Below, one piece after another: positions 59,854 through 64,000 of a DNA stretch of 64,000 nucleotides. Below the pieces are notes generated by a model, which did no database searches, was not told the origin of the DNA, and saw only the letters and a list, made by a program, of their open reading frames with translations. The stretch's first letter is position 1; every line of letters begins with the position of its first letter. Where the stretch lies: assembly GCA_964016885.1 (NCBI GenBank), contig OZ024756.1, positions 32,860,001-32,924,000 on the forward strand, written 5' to 3'. The stretch comes from Eledone cirrhosa. Lineage: Eukaryota. Both the position numbers and the translations under genes were made by a program.

Positions 59854-60076
59854 AGGGTGGTTGATTGATTCTATCGGCAGAGAGTTGGACACCATGCTTT
59901 CCAGTATAGAGTTACGGCCCTTTACGGTATGAGTTCAAATCGCGCCGAGGTTAACTTTGCCTTTCATCCGTACGGGGTCGATAAAATAAAGTACCAGTCA
60001 CGCACTGGAGTTGATATAATAAGACATTTCCCTGTCCCCAAATTGCTGGCCTTCTGTCTACATAAGAAACCATTAT
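59854..60076 (+). mobile_element. SINE family A (long variant)
   Basis: Family match, followed by an internally deleted tandem copy at ~60090-60185. Confidence 0.85.
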
Positions 60077-60204
60077 TTTACAGGTTACAAGGGCGGTGGA
60101 TTGACTGGATTTAATCGACTACCAAGCACCTCCTCCCCCAAAAAACAATTGCTCGTCAAATTACTGCCTATACTAGAAATCATTATTTTACAGGTTACAG
60201 TCGT

Positions 60205-60478
60205 TTGGCTGCGGTCATGCTTGGGCATCACAATGATCTTGCCGTCTATATCAACGCCAGTGCTTTGTTTTTAAAGTCTAATACTTAATTTAACACATAC
60301 AAATATACATACACATACATGTGGACACTCACAGACGAGAGTCTACAGTCTTTGCAAACCAAATTCTAGTTAGAAATCATTGGTGAAAAAGTGGCTATAG
60401 TATAAAACACTTGACCAAAGTGCCGAACTTTGAGCTTGACACCAGCGCCACATGGTTGTGAAATATACTGTTTAACAA
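60205..60478 (-). mobile_element. Old, diverged octopus-type SINE
   Basis: ggctatagtataaaacacttgaccaaagtgcc..catggttg resembles (from memory) an abundant octopus SINE; a similar relic lies at 5270-5420. Confidence 0.5.
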
Positions 60479-62528
60479 TATAGGGGTGATTGTAGCTATG
60501 AACAGAAATGGCTGTGCCTGTGGGCGTGTAAAACTATAAGTCGCTAGCTATAAAAATGTATCTTTCCGGCAAAAGGTAACTAAAATACTAGCACATGTGT
60601 GTTTAATATCTCCAATTGAAATGACTGTGTGAATGTTAAATGCCACCTGAAATGGAAGCCATAATTGACTCCCCCTCCCCCATAGAATGAACAACATGGT
60701 GAAATTGGTAAATTTTAAGACTTAAGATTAATGACATGTATCGATTATATATTCATCGATGGTGCCATTTATATGTCTTTTTTAGGCTCTGATATACTCT
60801 AACTAATAATTCGTGGAACTATTTTTACGGCCTAACAGTGATACGTTGGTTTAAATCCAAGGAATTATATTGGAATTTGTCTACAGAGACCAGCTGGTGC
60901 TAGTGTCAGATTAAGGTTTCATTTTCTTTACCAAAGAACTAATTGCCAAGTTCATTCTCAGAATACATGGCAACCGTTATACGCCAATTAATGTTTCGTG
61001 GTTTAGTGTTGAAGATATTCGGTTTAAACTTGTCCGAGTGTGAGTTCTATTACCGTCGGTGCGTTATGTCATTGAGTATTCGACCCTGCCCAGCTGTCAA
61101 CTATGACTAGTCCATGTAATTCAACGGAACAGGATTGACACACACTGTGTCACAGATAATCCTGTTTAGAACTGTTTTAAGGTCACATGGGTATGTCAGA
61201 CCTACCAACCTCTAAAAAAACCCACAAAAGTGCCCCTAAAGGAGAAATGAGGCAAAATGGGAAGATTTTACATGATGAAAGCTATACCTATTTTCACAAG
61301 AGAAGACATCTCTCACTCACCTGAAAATGGGTGGGAGATCTCCCCGTCGGATGGGGAGAGTTGACAGGTCTGGTATTTAGAATGTTCTATTAATAATTCT
61401 ATACTTAATTCCATGATTAGGTTGTTCCATTTCACCAAACAACTGGGGAAATCGCCTTCAGAATCGATGAACTCCAAGATACACTTGTTATTATTATTTT
61501 CCACTAATTAGGTGATGGAAATAGTAGACCAATTAACGGATAGTTCTCAGCTTAAATGAAAAAAAAAAATTACTTTGTCACTTGCAAAGGTGTCACTGAA
61601 TGCAGCTGGTGATATGATTAATACCAGCCATAATGTTGATATATTCTCAGAATAATGGGAATTGCGAACAATAAGCTTCGGCACTGAGTACACAATTTCA
61701 GAAAGCATCGCATCTGAAATCTCAAAACGTTTTTCTTTTGTTTAGTTTTTTTGTTTTGTTTTGTTTTTGCTGGCAATTTGTTAATTTCAAAGGTTTCCAA
61801 TATAAAACTTTAAGTGATAGCCGTCAAGCCTATATATTTGAGTTCTTTAAACTGCTGTTTTTGCAACAATAGACTGGGAACAAATTCAATTATTCTTATC
61901 GATATATGCCAAACACCATGTATAATTAAGATAAGTTTCTTTTATTTGCCACTAGGGCATCAAAAGTGGGACAAGTACAAGGGGGGGAGTTTACACAAAA
62001 AGGCATGCTTAAACGTATACTGTATCACTAATGGAAATTTAGTGCCAACAATAAAGCGTATTTTTTTACATCACAAAATCTAATGATATACATTTATTTT
62101 GGGAAATGATAAGCTTTCACAATGCAACAATTATTAATATGAATAAACAATTGGACTTCGGAAATTCAGGAGAATTGAAAAAAGAAACGAAAAAAAAAAA
62201 AAATATATATATAGAACCTGAATATAGTAAAGCAAGCGTCCATTATTTCAAGAAACGTGAAGTGGGTCTCAAAATATAAAACATTTCTATTGTTATAAAC
62301 ACAACAGTGGAGCTTATAAATAAATATTTTTCATTGCATGGAAATACATAAAATTCCTGAAATTCTCATAAATAAATATGTCTAAAATACAGAGAATATT
62401 AAGAAACAAAATACACAAAGGGCATTCTCGTTCATAAGTAACTTTATACGATTATTCATATATGGCAGTAAAAGTAGTTTTATTGTAAGGTACCGAATAT
62501 ATATATATATATATATACGTCCGTGTGC

Positions 62529-62653
<125 letters not shown>

Positions 62654-62834
62654 TATACATAGCTACATATATATGCGTATGTGCACGTGTGGGTGTGAGA
62701 GTAGGCTTTATATATACTATTACTGGTGTTAGACATAAGCCAATGGTCACTTTGGGTCAATCCCTTAATGTCGATCGTGCTTATTCCATTAACTATTTTT
62801 GCCGAAGCGCTAACTTATAGCGCATAACAACTCA

Positions 62835-62945
<111 letters not shown>

Positions 62946-63060
62946 GTGAGAGAGAGCGAGACGGAAATAGCACGGAAAATATATTGTAGGGTGTTTTTCT
63001 TTTTCGTCAAAGTGACATTATCAAAAAAATGAGACAATTCTTTTAAAAAAGAGTTGTATA

Positions 63061-63100
<40 letters not shown>

Positions 63101-63647
63101 GTGTGGGGGTGTGGGCGTGTGGGGGGCCATGTGTATGTATATGTGTATTTGTGCATGTCAGTATATATATATATGCATATTTAATTTGAAAGTTAGAAGC
63201 ATGCACGCTCTTTGACAATGATAAATAGGTTAATAGAAGACCTGAAGACTGAAAGCATTTACTGTTCGATCCCCGTTGGACACGAATCTGCACCTGCAAT
63301 ACCGTTTTGCCGTGCTACTCATTACACTAAAGCGCAGCCGTCAAATTTTCCCGTTATATTAAGTCTTATTAATTCAACCGAACATATGTATGCAATCCAT
63401 TGTTAGAAGTTTTGAGTGATAGGAAGTTTTGAAATTGAATGTTAGAATAGCCATTGTAGTTCGACGTTGAAACTATTGCAGGTGTATTCAACCCTCTCCA
63501 TTTTAATATGCCTGTCCTATTAGGCTACTTTACATACTGAACGATGATTCATGCTTCTAAATTTTAAATTCAAAATATAGATGCATATCATTACTTAAAT
63601 ATAAATATACACAATTATGTATCATTGAGGTGCACACATATATATCT

Positions 63648-63861
63648 ACAGTCTATCGACTTTCGTCAAATCGGACCGAGGAAACAACGTTTCCATTGGT
63701 TTTTCCAATTGCTAATACAATATATCTGTCGCAGCTCCAGGTAGAAGGAGCACCGTGGAATAAAGTTTCTTGCTCAAGGACATAGCGCATCGCCCGGTCC
63801 GGGAATCAAACTCACAACCTCACGATTGCGAATCCAATTCCCTAACCACCCAGCCACGCGC
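63648..63861 (-). mobile_element. CORE-type SINE, full length
   Basis: Minus strand gcgtggctgggtggttagg..gagtttgattccc..tgtccttgagcaagaaacttt. Confidence 0.8.
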
Positions 63862-63934
63862 ATTCATCAATACATATAACAATTATTTTGGTTTGCATTC
63901 TTGTGTGGGTGTGTATATATATATATATATATAC

Positions 63935-63975
<41 letters not shown>

Positions 63976-64000
63976 CATATATATATATATATATACCCAT

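Noticed and set aside
61313-61504. 63-aa minus-strand ORF ending at a donor-like site
   Set aside because: No recognisable domain and a weak acceptor; nearby cagacct(a/g)(c/t)caac motifs suggest transposon termini. Kept only as a splice-motif note.

Overview
AT-rich, gene-poor eukaryotic DNA, very likely from an octopod cephalopod (inferred from octopus-type tRNA-derived SINEs and the extreme (TA)n load). No intact host protein-coding gene is supported; almost all listed ORFs are translations of microsatellites. The window holds about 15 copies of one SINE family, 3 CORE-type SINEs, fragments of RTE and CRE-type non-LTR retrotransposons, a probable non-autonomous Helitron and a 200-N gap. The main hidden structure is a dense population of short Penelope-like (PLE) elements, mostly inside (TA)n tracts. 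Folding by eye gives about 18 complete type-I hammerhead ribozyme (HHR) motifs in roughly 7 families, some with core mutations, plus degenerate and half motifs; many lie in fold-back (inverted pLTR) arrangements. One PLE copy keeps a GIY-YIG endonuclease ORF upstream of its HHR (33985-35222). Highlights: a three-copy HHR family with a compensatory U3:A8 core, a retrozyme-like two-HHR unit with a TG-rich body, and a family apparently truncated inside stem II. Several AG|GT splice-like motifs may be recursive splice sites or microexons. All structures were read by eye; none was computed or searched.
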